A DNA stretch of 64,000 bases from the IMG/VR virus record IMGVR_UViG_2579778873_000001, positions 9,557-73,556 of that record. One strand, 5' to 3'. Under the pieces are notes generated by a model. It was not told the origin of the DNA, searched no databases, and worked only from the letters and a program-made list of their open reading frames with translations. The translations under genes were made by a program, and so were the position numbers. Positions 20,689-29,695 of this stretch are shown in pieces. Positions within the stretch are counted from its first letter, which is position 1. Each line of letters starts with the position of its first letter. This DNA comes from a virus. Its lineage: Duplodnaviria; Heunggongvirae; Uroviricota; Caudoviricetes.

Positions 20689-21456
20689 TCACCCCATAGA
20701 TATCGAGGTTTCGGTAATAATACGTTTTGCGTCCAACTCCCATGCTGTGATCACGTCTGCAATCACACTTATCGGCGCTTGTGTGGCATAAATACGCTCT
20801 TCTCCAATTGGTGCTGAAACATCCGTAAAGCCGACTTCTTTGGCATCCTGTATCGAGCAAATCAGCGGGACCGGGACACGAACAAGGTGAGTGGTTGCTT
20901 CAAATTGTGTACCTGTCATCAGGCGAAGCCGTGCGCCCAGCGAATTACACATCAGACTCATGGTCGCTTTATCAGTTGCCATTAACGTAACGTCATACGT
21001 CAGAATGGCCTGGGTGTATTCCAGTTCTGCTAAAGGCATTCCGGTATCTGGTTCGCAAAAACTGGCTACTTTTTTGCGGTCAATCTGCTGATCATCGTTG
21101 ATATAATTGATATCCATAGTGCGTGAGATATTGACCAGGGGGAGAGCATCCCGGTTAATGTTCTGGTTTTCAGGTTTTCTCCCTTGCCCGGCATTTGCGC
21201 GACGAACTGCTTTAAGAAACTCGATCGCATTGTCGAAACGGGCCACATAGACACGCTCTGCTGGTGGACGATTCAGGAATGACGCAAAGCGTTTTTCTTC
21301 CGGCGCGGGGGCCACCAGTAAGATATCAGAAAAAATGTTGCTGATTAGCGTCGCAAACGCGTTATCCACGTTTTCAAAGCCCGTGGTCTGGAATTTTCCT
21401 GTGCGTGAGGTTTGCCATTCACCTGTTCGCGCCAGGAGGGTTTTATTTGAAGTCAT
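20689..21456 (-). CDS. Phage protein, unassigned
   Basis: 255-aa ORF in the same operon. Confidence 0.45.
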   Translation of the reverse strand: MTSNKTLLARTGEWQTSRTGKFQTTGFENVDNAFATLISNIFSDILLVAPAPEEKRFASFLNRPPAERVYVARFDNAIEFLKAVRRANAGQGRKPENQNINRDALPLVNISRTMDINYINDDQQIDRKKVASFCEPDTGMPLAELEYTQAILTYDVTLMATDKATMSLMCNSLGARLRLMTGTQFEATTHLVRVPVPLICSIQDAKEVGFTDVSAPIGEERIYATQAPISVIADVITAWELDAKRIITETSISMG

Positions 21457-22256
21457 TCGATCACTCCGTTTTGAGTCGTATCAAAATTCCTGGCAGGTAT
21501 GCAGTAGTAAAGCGAACCAACATGCTGTGTGCCGTAGCTAAAAATACGGTGCACGTACCACCAGCGGCGGGCTACGCCGTTTACCATCTCTTCATTCCAT
21601 TCAAGAATTGAGCCGACGGGGACGTTATTTGCTGCAATACGCAGAATCAGAACATCATCGGTTAAGCCATCCTGCTCACCGTCTGCGTCAATCGCATGGA
21701 AAGAGTCACGTCCGTCAGGGTTATCCAGCACATAAACGATTTCAGGTTCCTGGTAAGTCAGTTCGCGTTGGTTGTTATCCAGTTCAGTGAATGACTCTTC
21801 TCCTGTTTCGTCGCTGACTACCCCATATGTGCCAACATCTGGTCGATATAAGAGAGCCTGAAACGCGTCTGGGCTGGATTCAATAATCAGCATCCAGTCT
21901 GCGCGGATTTGGTCGTTAAAGGCTTTATGCCCGTTATAGCGTGCTTTTAGCTGTGGAGTTGGTTCTCTGCCAGCCAGGGAAGGTGGAAGTATGGCTATAT
22001 CTGATTCGCCAGCATCCGGAGTAAGGCCACCGTTGCTATCAGCAAAATTATCATGGCTATCAGCTTTGGCGGCGGGTTGCTCTTCCAGAATGCTGAATGA
22101 ATCCGAACCGGTATTGCCATGTTCCGGCGCGCCTCCTGCATTCGCTTCAATCGGCGCTGGCGTTTCTCTCTGCGTGCTGTCATGTTCTGACTCCTTACTT
22201 GCCAGGTTTGCATCGTCAGCAAACCATTCGTCAAAACGGCCCATAAGCATCCTCAA
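21453..22256 (-). CDS. Phage protein, acidic, unassigned
   Basis: 267-aa ORF, first gene of this minus-strand operon. Confidence 0.45.
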   Translation of the reverse strand: MRMLMGRFDEWFADDANLASKESEHDSTQRETPAPIEANAGGAPEHGNTGSDSFSILEEQPAAKADSHDNFADSNGGLTPDAGESDIAILPPSLAGREPTPQLKARYNGHKAFNDQIRADWMLIIESSPDAFQALLYRPDVGTYGVVSDETGEESFTELDNNQRELTYQEPEIVYVLDNPDGRDSFHAIDADGEQDGLTDDVLILRIAANNVPVGSILEWNEEMVNGVARRWWYVHRIFSYGTQHVGSLYYCIPARNFDTTQNGVIE

Positions 22257-22406
22257 AGGTCGATCTGTCAGGTATCGAAAGGAAGATTTTCGGGAGATTG
22301 TGATTTTGGATGAAGGAGGGGGAATTCATAAAATGCACTTGCGCACAGTGCAACGGTGCGCTATAGTTATGGCATTCGGTAATCATCACGGAGGATCAAA
22401 TGACTA

Positions 22407-22709
22407 ATGACCAAAAAAATTAACATAAAGGATTTCAGGGATGCGTGGCTTGATGATTTTTTTGAATTTTCAACACCACATAGAAAGATACCTCCTGATA
22501 TTCATATGACATTGTCACGGAAGTTGGACATTATCAATGCCGCAACTACCTGTAAGGATTTAAGATCACCACCAGGTAATCGGTATGAGGAACTGTCAGG
22601 GAAGCTAAATGGCTATTCATCAGTAAGGGTGAATAAGCAATATAGGTTAATTTTTAAGTGGGTTAACGGAAAGGCCGAGGACTTGTATCTCGACCCTCAC
22701 AAATACTAA
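22407..22709 (+). CDS. higB: Type II toxin HigB (RelE/ParE superfamily)
   Basis: 100 aa; C-terminal signature PPGNRYEEL...VRVNKQYRLIFKW..DLYLDPHKY; toxin precedes antitoxin as in higBA. Confidence 0.8.
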   Translation: MTKKINIKDFRDAWLDDFFEFSTPHRKIPPDIHMTLSRKLDIINAATTCKDLRSPPGNRYEELSGKLNGYSSVRVNKQYRLIFKWVNGKAEDLYLDPHKY

Positions 22710-22780
22710 AACAGATACCCGGTTACGGACCGGGTTCTGACCAGAGTCCACTTAATACGCACGCTAGTAAGGGCAAAAAA

Positions 22781-23119
22781 ATGAAACAGGCAACCAGAAA
22801 ACCGACGACCGTAGGTGATATCCTGCTGTACGAATACCTGGAGCCGTTAGAGCTGAAGATCAACGAGTTAGCAGAAATACTTCATGTTCATCGTAACACC
22901 GTAAGTGCTCTTGTTAATAATAATCGTAAGCTAACGATGGATATGGCATATCGCCTGGCAAAAGCATTCGATACTTCTGTAGATTTTTGGATTAATCTTC
23001 AGACCGCAGTAGATCTGTGGGAAGTCGAAAATGATATGCGCGTTCAGGAAGAGTTAAGTCGTATCAATACTGCTGAAAAATTTATTTCTCAGCGGAACAT
23101 GAATAAAAAAGCAGCCTGA
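22781..23119 (+). CDS. higA: Antitoxin HigA (XRE-family HTH)
   Basis: 112 aa with N-terminal helix-turn-helix (LAEILHVHRNTVSALVNNNRKLTMDMAYRLAKAF). Confidence 0.8.
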   Translation: MKQATRKPTTVGDILLYEYLEPLELKINELAEILHVHRNTVSALVNNNRKLTMDMAYRLAKAFDTSVDFWINLQTAVDLWEVENDMRVQEELSRINTAEKFISQRNMNKKAA

Positions 23120-23138
23120 TATAGTAAAACACATACAA

Positions 23139-23169
23139 AAAGCCCACTTAGCAAGTGGGCTTTCCTTTG
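23139..23169 (+). terminator. Rho-independent terminator after higA
   Basis: Hairpin aaagcccact-tagca-agtgggcttt followed by a T-rich run. Confidence 0.5.
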
Positions 23170-23175
23170 TAATTA

Positions 23176-23376
23176 ATGAACATTAAACCTATCCGTACAG
23201 AACAAGATTATGAGGCCGCACTGCGTGCGGTCGAACCGATGTTCGATAACGAACCGGAAATGAATACTCCGGAAGGTGATTTCTTTGAGGTTATGAGTCT
23301 TCTCATTGAGGAGTACGAGAAGAAACATTACCCAATTCAGCCACCATCACCTGTTGAATCTTTTAACTATCCATAA
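23176..23376 (+). pseudogene. Truncated antitoxin remnant: N-terminal domain of a YgjM-type HigA lacking the HTH
   Basis: 66 aa (TEQDYEAALRAVEPMFDNEPE..PEGDFFEVMSLLIEEYEKKHYPIQPPSPVE) matches the N-terminal half of HigA-type antitoxins, then ends where the HTH should start; no Shine-Dalgarno; AT-rich gene follows. Confidence 0.4.
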
Positions 23377-23397
23377 TAAAAGTAATCAGGATAAGCT

Positions 23398-24126
23398 ATG
23401 ATGTCAGAAAAAGTTAAAGATAATCCGTCTATAAATGAAACAGAACTAAAATCATTTTCTGAAATAATAAAAGATAAAATATTTAACAAGGTTTTTGCAT
23501 ATGTTGTCATTTCTTTTCTAATCCTTAACTGGAAGGATATTTTAATTATATTAAAGTCAAAGGACGACATCCTATATACATTATCTATTGTTTTTGTTGG
23601 TGGTAATGTACCGTTCTTTGATAATTGGATTGTACCCCCGTGGGTTTGTCACGTTGTAATCCCATTTATTTATGGAGTATTTGCATCTGTATTAGCTCCT
23701 ATTCTCACACTGACGATATCTAAGCTAACAAGTAAATTATACACTGAAATAAGATATTTAGATGAAGTTGCTGATTATGATAAAAGAATAGAATTGCAAA
23801 GAAAGAAAACAAAGTTAAATCAAGCAACCAATGACGCTAAATATTCAAAACAAATATTAGATGAAAATGAAAATAAACTTAATGACCTAGCTACGAAACA
23901 GCGAGAAATTTGTGGTGCGATAAAACTATTGCATACTGATGTTGGCAGTATTATTGAACTATATAAAAATAAGGGTGTTAGCATTGAATCTCCGCAAGAT
24001 TTATGTGATTTTATAGTCGCTATAAAAAGCACATCATTCTATAATGATGACAAGCATTTTAATAAATTGGTGTCTGATATTTCCAGTTTATTTGATAATA
24101 CTGGAATTGATCTTTCAAAAAAATGA
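23398..24126 (+). CDS. AT-rich acquired gene: membrane protein with three predicted TM helices and a C-terminal coiled-coil; abortive-infection or exclusion effector candidate
   Basis: 242 aa; sharp drop in GC versus flanks (by eye); hydrophobic segments FAYVVISFLILNW, LYTLSIVFVGGNVPFF, VVIPFIYGVFASVLAPILTLTI; AGGA 8 nt upstream. Confidence 0.6.
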   Translation: MMSEKVKDNPSINETELKSFSEIIKDKIFNKVFAYVVISFLILNWKDILIILKSKDDILYTLSIVFVGGNVPFFDNWIVPPWVCHVVIPFIYGVFASVLAPILTLTISKLTSKLYTEIRYLDEVADYDKRIELQRKKTKLNQATNDAKYSKQILDENENKLNDLATKQREICGAIKLLHTDVGSIIELYKNKGVSIESPQDLCDFIVAIKSTSFYNDDKHFNKLVSDISSLFDNTGIDLSKK

Positions 24127-24137
24127 AAGCCCAGCAT

Positions 24138-24171
24138 AAACTACTAGGCTATGTGTGGTTTATGCTTTTTT
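24138..24171 (+). terminator. Terminator-like hairpin after the AT-rich gene
   Basis: gcataaac...gtttatgc hairpin followed by TTTTTT. Confidence 0.45.
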
Positions 24172-25353
24172 CACGTACTCTATAAACATTTTTTCAGCTT
24201 GCTCAGGTGACGTTCCTGCCATGACAAGCGCATCAATGAACGCCTGCTTCTTCAGTGCGAACTGATCGGCAAGGCGTTGCTGAAGCTCCTTGTTTTTCTG
24301 CTTCTCTCGTTGCAAGGCCGCTTCTTTTGCAGCCGCCCGTTTTTTCTGTGCGTCTGACAACTTTCTGGCCCTGGTCAATTGGTCACGTAGCTTGTCGATC
24401 TTGCCGTTGTCCTTTGCCAGTTTTGAACTTAAAGCTGCCTGGCGCTTCTGATAGAGTCTCCATTCGCGTTTGGCGGCTTCAACGTTCGTTTTACTGCTAC
24501 GATTGCGATTAAACTCCTTCTCGTCTTCTTTTGAGAAGTGTTTGGTTGTACGGCGGCGATCGTCACCAAATGCAATTTGCGTTGCAGCCTTTTGTAGCGC
24601 ACGAGCAATACTCATTTGCCAACTGGCGGACTGTAACCGCGTCATTGAGTGGATCACGTGTTTACAGGCGACGCCTTGCAGGTTCGGGTTGCGAACTTTT
24701 GGATAGGCGTATTCTTTTGGCGGTGCCAGGGCAAAGTTACCCGCAGTGGCGATGTAACGATACCAGTATTGATGACGACCACAGTCACAATCGAAAGACA
24801 CTCGCCCGGCGCACAGTGATTTAGTGATTTTGAGAGCTGATTTATCGTCTTCTGCGATGTCATCAACCATCTGATCCCATTCTTCAAAGCGTATCCGGAC
24901 GATATGGTGCTGGTGGACGGATATATCCGATGCTTCTACGCGGATATTAATCACATTGTGGCGAAGAGATACGGGGGTAGCTCTTTTGATACCAGATCCG
25001 TCATCCACGGCGTTATTTGCACGCTTAATATCGATTGCCTGGCTGGATGCCACCAGCTGGGCGTATGTGATGCCAGCCGTCTTGCTGTCATATTTTTCGC
25101 GCGTTTTACTCCGTAGCTTTTCGAAACCTTTCAGGTCGTCTCGCGTGAAGAACGTGCCGCCTTTTTTCTTCCCTAACTTGAGAATATCTTCGGCGGATTT
25201 GTTCCTCAGTCTACCTGGCGTCAGCGTCCGGTGAGCTTGTCGGCGCTTACGGGTTTGTTCTTTCCTGATAATCTCGAATAAACGCGTGAAGTCCTTAGAG
25301 GACAGGCCGTCAGTGATATAGCGCCCGTCCTGTTTTTTCAGGAAATCAGGCAT
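24160..25353 (-). CDS. SWIM-type zinc-finger protein with basic coiled-coil C-terminus
   Basis: 397 aa; CxC...CxH pattern (FDCDCGRHQYWYRY...CKHVIH); Lys/Arg-rich coiled-coil tail. Confidence 0.5.
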   Translation of the reverse strand: MPDFLKKQDGRYITDGLSSKDFTRLFEIIRKEQTRKRRQAHRTLTPGRLRNKSAEDILKLGKKKGGTFFTRDDLKGFEKLRSKTREKYDSKTAGITYAQLVASSQAIDIKRANNAVDDGSGIKRATPVSLRHNVINIRVEASDISVHQHHIVRIRFEEWDQMVDDIAEDDKSALKITKSLCAGRVSFDCDCGRHQYWYRYIATAGNFALAPPKEYAYPKVRNPNLQGVACKHVIHSMTRLQSASWQMSIARALQKAATQIAFGDDRRRTTKHFSKEDEKEFNRNRSSKTNVEAAKREWRLYQKRQAALSSKLAKDNGKIDKLRDQLTRARKLSDAQKKRAAAKEAALQREKQKNKELQQRLADQFALKKQAFIDALVMAGTSPEQAEKMFIEYVKKA

Positions 25354-25675
25354 TTTCTATCTCCGGTTCCGCGCTCGCGTAATCACGGATCTTGTTCCTC
25401 AGCCATGCCACATCAGGAAGAGTTAACGTGGTCCCGGCGGGCATTTCTTCCATTTCTGACTCATGGCCCACCAGCACCCGGAATACCCAGCGCAAATCTG
25501 CATTGCCATACGCCCTGTAGGCTGCAAGGTCTGAACGATATACTTCATCAATCTTTATCGTGTACTGGAAATTATCAGAGTGATACTCCGATACCCGCTT
25601 AATCATTTCCTGGTGAAACAGCGCACGAAAAATATCGTCTTCAATGTACCTATCGTCGAGTCTGCTATAGCCCAT
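25346..25675 (-). CDS. Hypothetical protein
   Basis: 109-aa ORF overlapping the next gene by 8 nt. Confidence 0.4.
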   Translation of the reverse strand: MGYSRLDDRYIEDDIFRALFHQEMIKRVSEYHSDNFQYTIKIDEVYRSDLAAYRAYGNADLRWVFRVLVGHESEMEEMPAGTTLTLPDVAWLRNKIRDYASAEPEIENA

Positions 25676-25868
25676 AACAAAGCCTCTCAGTCATAACCTG
25701 GGGGAAACTGTATGCAGGGTGTGAAATGCGAGAAACAGACAGGACACCAGTTCAGGGGGATGTGGTTCATAAATCCCCTCACTGGTGACAAGTGACTTTC
25801 ATTAATCTTTATGCGGGGGCCAGCTTCATTTGCTGGCATTAGATTAAAAATTAAACGGAGTGAATGAC

Positions 25869-26003
25869 ATGGATGTTATCTTCGAATTATTAATGCTAAT
25901 TGATCTGTTTATGAACGCTTCATTGACCACGCAAATACTGGCGTCAATATTTTTGTTACTCTTCTACCTGGTATTGAGGGAGTTAACAAAGCTACTAATG
26001 TGA
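25869..26003 (+). CDS. Unannotated 44-aa hydrophobic peptide (type I toxin-like or small membrane protein)
   Basis: Not in ORF track (under 60 aa). ATG at 25869 with GGAG 8-11 nt upstream; MDVIFELLMLIDLFMNASLTTQILASIFLLLFYLVLRELTKLLM; AT-rich; abuts the stop of the convergent minus-strand gene. Confidence 0.3.
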   Translation: MDVIFELLMLIDLFMNASLTTQILASIFLLLFYLVLRELTKLLM

Positions 26004-26657
26004 TCAAAGTATCACGGTATCTTCATCAACTTCTTTCCCAGTCAGTGCCTTTGGCTGGGAGGTGCCTGCTTTAACTTTTTCATGCCCAATAATGGACAGG
26101 AACGAAGCGAGTATGCCTGTTTTTTGCTCTTTCTCGACTGTACCGGTCATCTGCTCTACGTAATCCGCACTGGCTACATTGTGGTATACGGTCGCGTAGC
26201 AACACAGGATCATCAAAATATGCTCCGGCCTGATATCCTGCCAGTTCACCCGGTAGACTTCTTCTCCGTTACCGTTGTATTCGGTGTCAACGATGGAGTC
26301 AGGGATTTCGAAAGCACCTTTGTTATTTTGCGGCAGGGATAATAGCTTCTGGAGTTTTAACTCTCTGTATCTTTCCATCCCGACGATGATTGCTGCTCTG
26401 CCATCGGCATGACGGGTCTTGAGAGTCACCTGGCTTGCTCCGGTGCCAGCGGAGATCGTTGGCGTAATTTCGTCTACCAGTACCTTAAATTTGCTTTTCC
26501 GCAGGGCTGCTATAGCTGGAGGAATTTTTTGCTTTTGCTCCAATGCTGACGCGGGAAGGGGTTTTACTTCGTTAATAATGAGAGCACCGTCTTTCAGTAT
26601 TGCAGTGAGCATTTGAGGCTTGCTGGTGGTCAGGCTGAATATTGCGATCTTTTCCAT
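26004..26657 (-). CDS. Hypothetical phage protein
   Basis: ORF-track entry 26004..26699; start placed at internal Met (MEKIAIFSL). Confidence 0.45.
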   Translation of the reverse strand: MEKIAIFSLTTSKPQMLTAILKDGALIINEVKPLPASALEQKQKIPPAIAALRKSKFKVLVDEITPTISAGTGASQVTLKTRHADGRAAIIVGMERYRELKLQKLLSLPQNNKGAFEIPDSIVDTEYNGNGEEVYRVNWQDIRPEHILMILCCYATVYHNVASADYVEQMTGTVEKEQKTGILASFLSIIGHEKVKAGTSQPKALTGKEVDEDTVIL

Positions 26658-26680
26658 TGTCCTTCCTCCACGGATGACGG

Positions 26681-26709
26681 ATACAAAAAAAGGCCGCACA
26701 TGGCGGCCT
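26681..26709 (-). terminator. Terminator-like hairpin (minus-strand sense), function unclear
   Basis: aggccgc-acatg-gcggcct with a T-run on the minus strand; lies upstream of the 26657 start, so it may be an attenuator or the end of an unannotated transcript. Confidence 0.3.
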
Positions 26710-26925
26710 GCTTTGGCGTTATGACTCCCTACCGCGCTTCGGCTGAAAGTTAATCGTCAAAAGAACCTTCAACGGGAGCCGTTAGCGCGATGGATTATGT
26801 GCAGTTTGTGATTTCCAAAATAGTGTCAACCACTTTTGGTGGATTTTATTTTTTAACCGAAATTTGGCCTAAATCATGTTTATGTAGTTAATTGTTTTTA
26901 TAACATAAAACTTCATTTTGTTTGC

Positions 26926-27549
26926 ATGAAGGATGGTGTAGTGAAGTTAAGGGCTTTAGGGGCCGCGCTCGCGGCTATGTTGGGATGCGTATCTGCTAAT
27001 ACTGCCAATGCAACTGCGTTACCTGCACAATTCAGGGCAGGGCAGCAGGTTATGAATAACGCTGGTGGAGTTCATTCACAAGCGGCCATTATGGACTTTT
27101 GCAAGAGGGAGGGCATTCCATTACGGCCTGTTGGAACTCAGTTTATTGGTAAAACTGACTTTTGCGTTTTTGCATATACAGCATATCTGACGGACAAAGC
27201 TATAACAAAAACAGGTTATTCAACCAAAGATACTCTTTCCAGATTAAGTCAGGGATGGCAGCAATTCGAAGTGTATCGCCAGCAAGGATTAGGTGAGTTA
27301 TTGCAACCTCTTTTTATGCTTGCGTTGGTGCCAGAGGGGCAGCAATTTTTGGTTAAAAAGGGAATGCTTCGCCAAAGTGATATTGCCGGGTTCGATAGCA
27401 TGATGGCTTATGAGCGCAAACTAACCGAGCAGCGAAATAAAAAACCATCTGCTTCATGTGTGCAAAGTAAAACAGCAGAATACAGTGCAGTAGCCGGGCC
27501 TTTAGCCAAACAAATGGCAGAGCAATGGTGTAAAAAATACGGGCAATAA
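26926..27549 (+). CDS. Predicted lipoprotein, function unknown (cargo)
   Basis: Signal peptide with lipobox LGCVSA; 207 aa. Confidence 0.55.
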   Translation: MKDGVVKLRALGAALAAMLGCVSANTANATALPAQFRAGQQVMNNAGGVHSQAAIMDFCKREGIPLRPVGTQFIGKTDFCVFAYTAYLTDKAITKTGYSTKDTLSRLSQGWQQFEVYRQQGLGELLQPLFMLALVPEGQQFLVKKGMLRQSDIAGFDSMMAYERKLTEQRNKKPSASCVQSKTAEYSAVAGPLAKQMAEQWCKKYGQ

Positions 27550-27569
27550 GTTACGCAGCGGAGGCAGAA

Positions 27570-27962
27570 TTGAAAAGATTGGCTATTGCTTTACTGGCGT
27601 CTTTCCCTTTGATCGCGAGCGCCGGAGATTTACAAGTTAAGTGCGGTCGGTTTGATATAAAAATCTATCCAGATGCCATATTTCTGAATGGGAATAAGGT
27701 TGATAACGCACACCGAAAAACTGAATCTGACGTAATGAGCTATGTGTTCCAGGAGTATGCGGAGATGGGGGGAACTTACACGCTGTACTCGCTGGATGTT
27801 CCTTCTCGCGGTGATATGACATTATCCCATCAATGGCAGAACGCCGACGGCGAAGCTCTGCGCGAGGTTAAAACAGAAAAATGTGGCACTTTCCATTCTT
27901 TTAAAGGGAAAGCGCCAAATGTTAAATCTGTGCTTGAAAAACAGCGCGCAGGTGAGCTTTAA
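27570..27962 (+). CDS. Predicted secreted/periplasmic protein, function unknown (cargo)
   Basis: Sec-type signal peptide MKRLAIALLASFPLIASAGD; 130 aa; 20 bp after the lipoprotein gene. Confidence 0.55.
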   Translation: MKRLAIALLASFPLIASAGDLQVKCGRFDIKIYPDAIFLNGNKVDNAHRKTESDVMSYVFQEYAEMGGTYTLYSLDVPSRGDMTLSHQWQNADGEALREVKTEKCGTFHSFKGKAPNVKSVLEKQRAGEL

Positions 27963-28349
27963 ACACCTTTAACCACGGAGATGCCGTTCCCTGCACGATA
28001 GCGGCGGGGAACGGAATTCTCCATCAGGTCACGAATTACTCCCGCCTCATGTAGTTCCACTGTTTCCCAGTATCTGTTTATCACCAATTACGCCCCGTTC
28101 CGCCAGGGGAAGGTATGAACGAGCTTCTGCTTCGGTTGCAGCCATGACGCAGATATACAGGTGTTTTTGGCAGGAATAGAAACGCCAGATAAATTCAGAA
28201 TGAGTTGGGGTGGGGATAGTAGCGATATTGGCAGCCTCCTTTGACTAAGTTAAGGAGCTACCGCGTGAGGTTCCAATCCCGGCACCCGTTTTTCTAAGGT
28301 GCCGTAGAAATATACCCCACGATAATGCCAGGGCGCAAAAGTCAGTATT

Positions 28350-28517
28350 TTATGCTTTGGCGGATTTCTTCCGGGCTTGCTTGCAGGCGTAGGCCATTGC
28401 TTTAGCTTTCACTTCATCCAGCTTCCCGGTGATCACTTCTTTTCCGAGAGTGACAAACCAGTCATAGCAACCGCCAGTGATGTTCTGGATTTGAAAGTTG
28501 AGGTAGCGAACGGTCAT
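28350..28517 (-). CDS. Unannotated 55-aa ORF with strong RBS
   Basis: Not in ORF track. ATG preceded by GGGGGTG at -8; MTVRYLNFQIQNITGGCYDWFVTLGKEVITGKLDEVKAKAMAYACKQARKKSAKA; followed by two hairpins. Confidence 0.3.
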   Translation of the reverse strand: MTVRYLNFQIQNITGGCYDWFVTLGKEVITGKLDEVKAKAMAYACKQARKKSAKA

Positions 28518-28836
28518 TTTGACACCCCCAGCGCGAGTAAAGAATGCAGATTATCGCGTGAGTGGCGGACAACGAGTGACGGGAAAAGACAGTAGCTGTT
28601 CATAGTGTAGTGACTCCTTGCTTTCGGAGCCGCCATCGACTGTTCCACGGTCTGGTGGCGGCGCAATAAAGGCTGGAACACCGTGAGTCAACGGGGGCTT
28701 TTCAGCCACCTATATTGCACCGCCATAGGTATGGCGGCGGCAATAATACGAAAAACTATACAGTTTGTCTCAAAAAGTTGACCGGTGTGCCAATCGGTAG
28801 TGAATGTACATCGGAGAAATTTATAATTCAACTTAA

Positions 28837-28853
28837 AATGTTAGAAAACTAAT
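28837..28853. promoter_or_regulatory. C1-type operator motif (AAATGTTAGAAAACTAA)
   Basis: Overlaps the 3' end of the ref-like gene; oriented toward the structured region and small ORF to its left. Confidence 0.45.
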
Positions 28854-29466
28854 TCGTCAATTCAATCGCCATCTGATACAACGTCATTTCATCAGCATTG
28901 TGCCGCCTGAAATCTGCTTTACCGCCTATTTTTCCATCAGCATGAACAGGAACCAACCAGGGGTATTGCTCGCGGATCTCTGCTGGCGCTGCGTGTTGAT
29001 GGTGCCATTTACACAAAGGGAGGACGTATTTATGCGCGTTCTCTGCTGTTCTTCCGAAGATGTGGTGCAGGGATACCACAGGGCTATGCTGTCCGTGCAT
29101 ATGGCAGGCAATGCAGGGGAGAGCACCGATGGCAGTTTGTATCCGGCGCTCATCTGCTGTGAGTGTTCTGCCTTTCAGGCCGCGTGACGCGCGAGTTTTT
29201 TTGACAGGAGCAGAAGCGGCCTTCTCTTTTCTTCGCTGTTCATATTGCTTCGCTTTTTCAATTTTCTTTTGCCGATATTCAGGCGATGCGGCTTTTTCTC
29301 GCGCACGCTGCTGCTGGCGTTGAGCTTGCTGAAGACGCTTTGCCCTTTGTTCCTCCCGCCATTTCGGATCAGCCAGTTTTTGCAGGGCTTTTTGTGTCTG
29401 TTTCTCCCAATAGCTTTGCTTCATAGAAATACCCGGTTTGTCTACATAGCCGCTATGGTTGATCAA
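28849..29466 (-). CDS. HNH endonuclease, Ref-like (P1 recombination enhancement function family)
   Basis: 205 aa; basic N-terminal coiled region then HNH core (LPCIACHMHGQHSPVVSLHHIFGRTAENAHKYVLPLCKWHHQHAAPAEIREQYPWLVPVHADG); operator pair directly upstream. Confidence 0.5.
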   Translation of the reverse strand: MINHSGYVDKPGISMKQSYWEKQTQKALQKLADPKWREEQRAKRLQQAQRQQQRAREKAASPEYRQKKIEKAKQYEQRRKEKAASAPVKKTRASRGLKGRTLTADERRIQTAIGALPCIACHMHGQHSPVVSLHHIFGRTAENAHKYVLPLCKWHHQHAAPAEIREQYPWLVPVHADGKIGGKADFRRHNADEMTLYQMAIELTN

Positions 29467-29467
29467 A

Positions 29468-29506
29468 CATGTTAGAAAATCAAAATTGATTTTCTAACAC
29501 AAAATG
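29468..29506. promoter_or_regulatory. Palindromic double operator at a divergent promoter
   Basis: catgttagaaaatc / gattttctaacacaaaatg: two motifs as inverted repeats with a 6-bp spacer, between the ref-like gene and the rightward early operon. Confidence 0.55.
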
Positions 29507-29695
29507 AAGATACTTTTTTCAGACGCTATATCAGGAGGTCATGATGCTTGTCGCAATTAGTGCAATCCACCAGCAATCCGATACAGAAATTGGGTTGCTA
29601 TATGTCCTGTTTTTCACTGTCCTGGCGTTGTTTGAGCTGGGCATTGAACTCTTTGCTCTCATCAACTTTTGCGTAACGTTCCTGGGGAAACTTTG

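Noticed and set aside
28200-28350. Rho-independent terminators after the 55-aa ORF
   Set aside because: Two clear hairpins are present but neither is followed by a T-run on the relevant strand; recorded as structure only.
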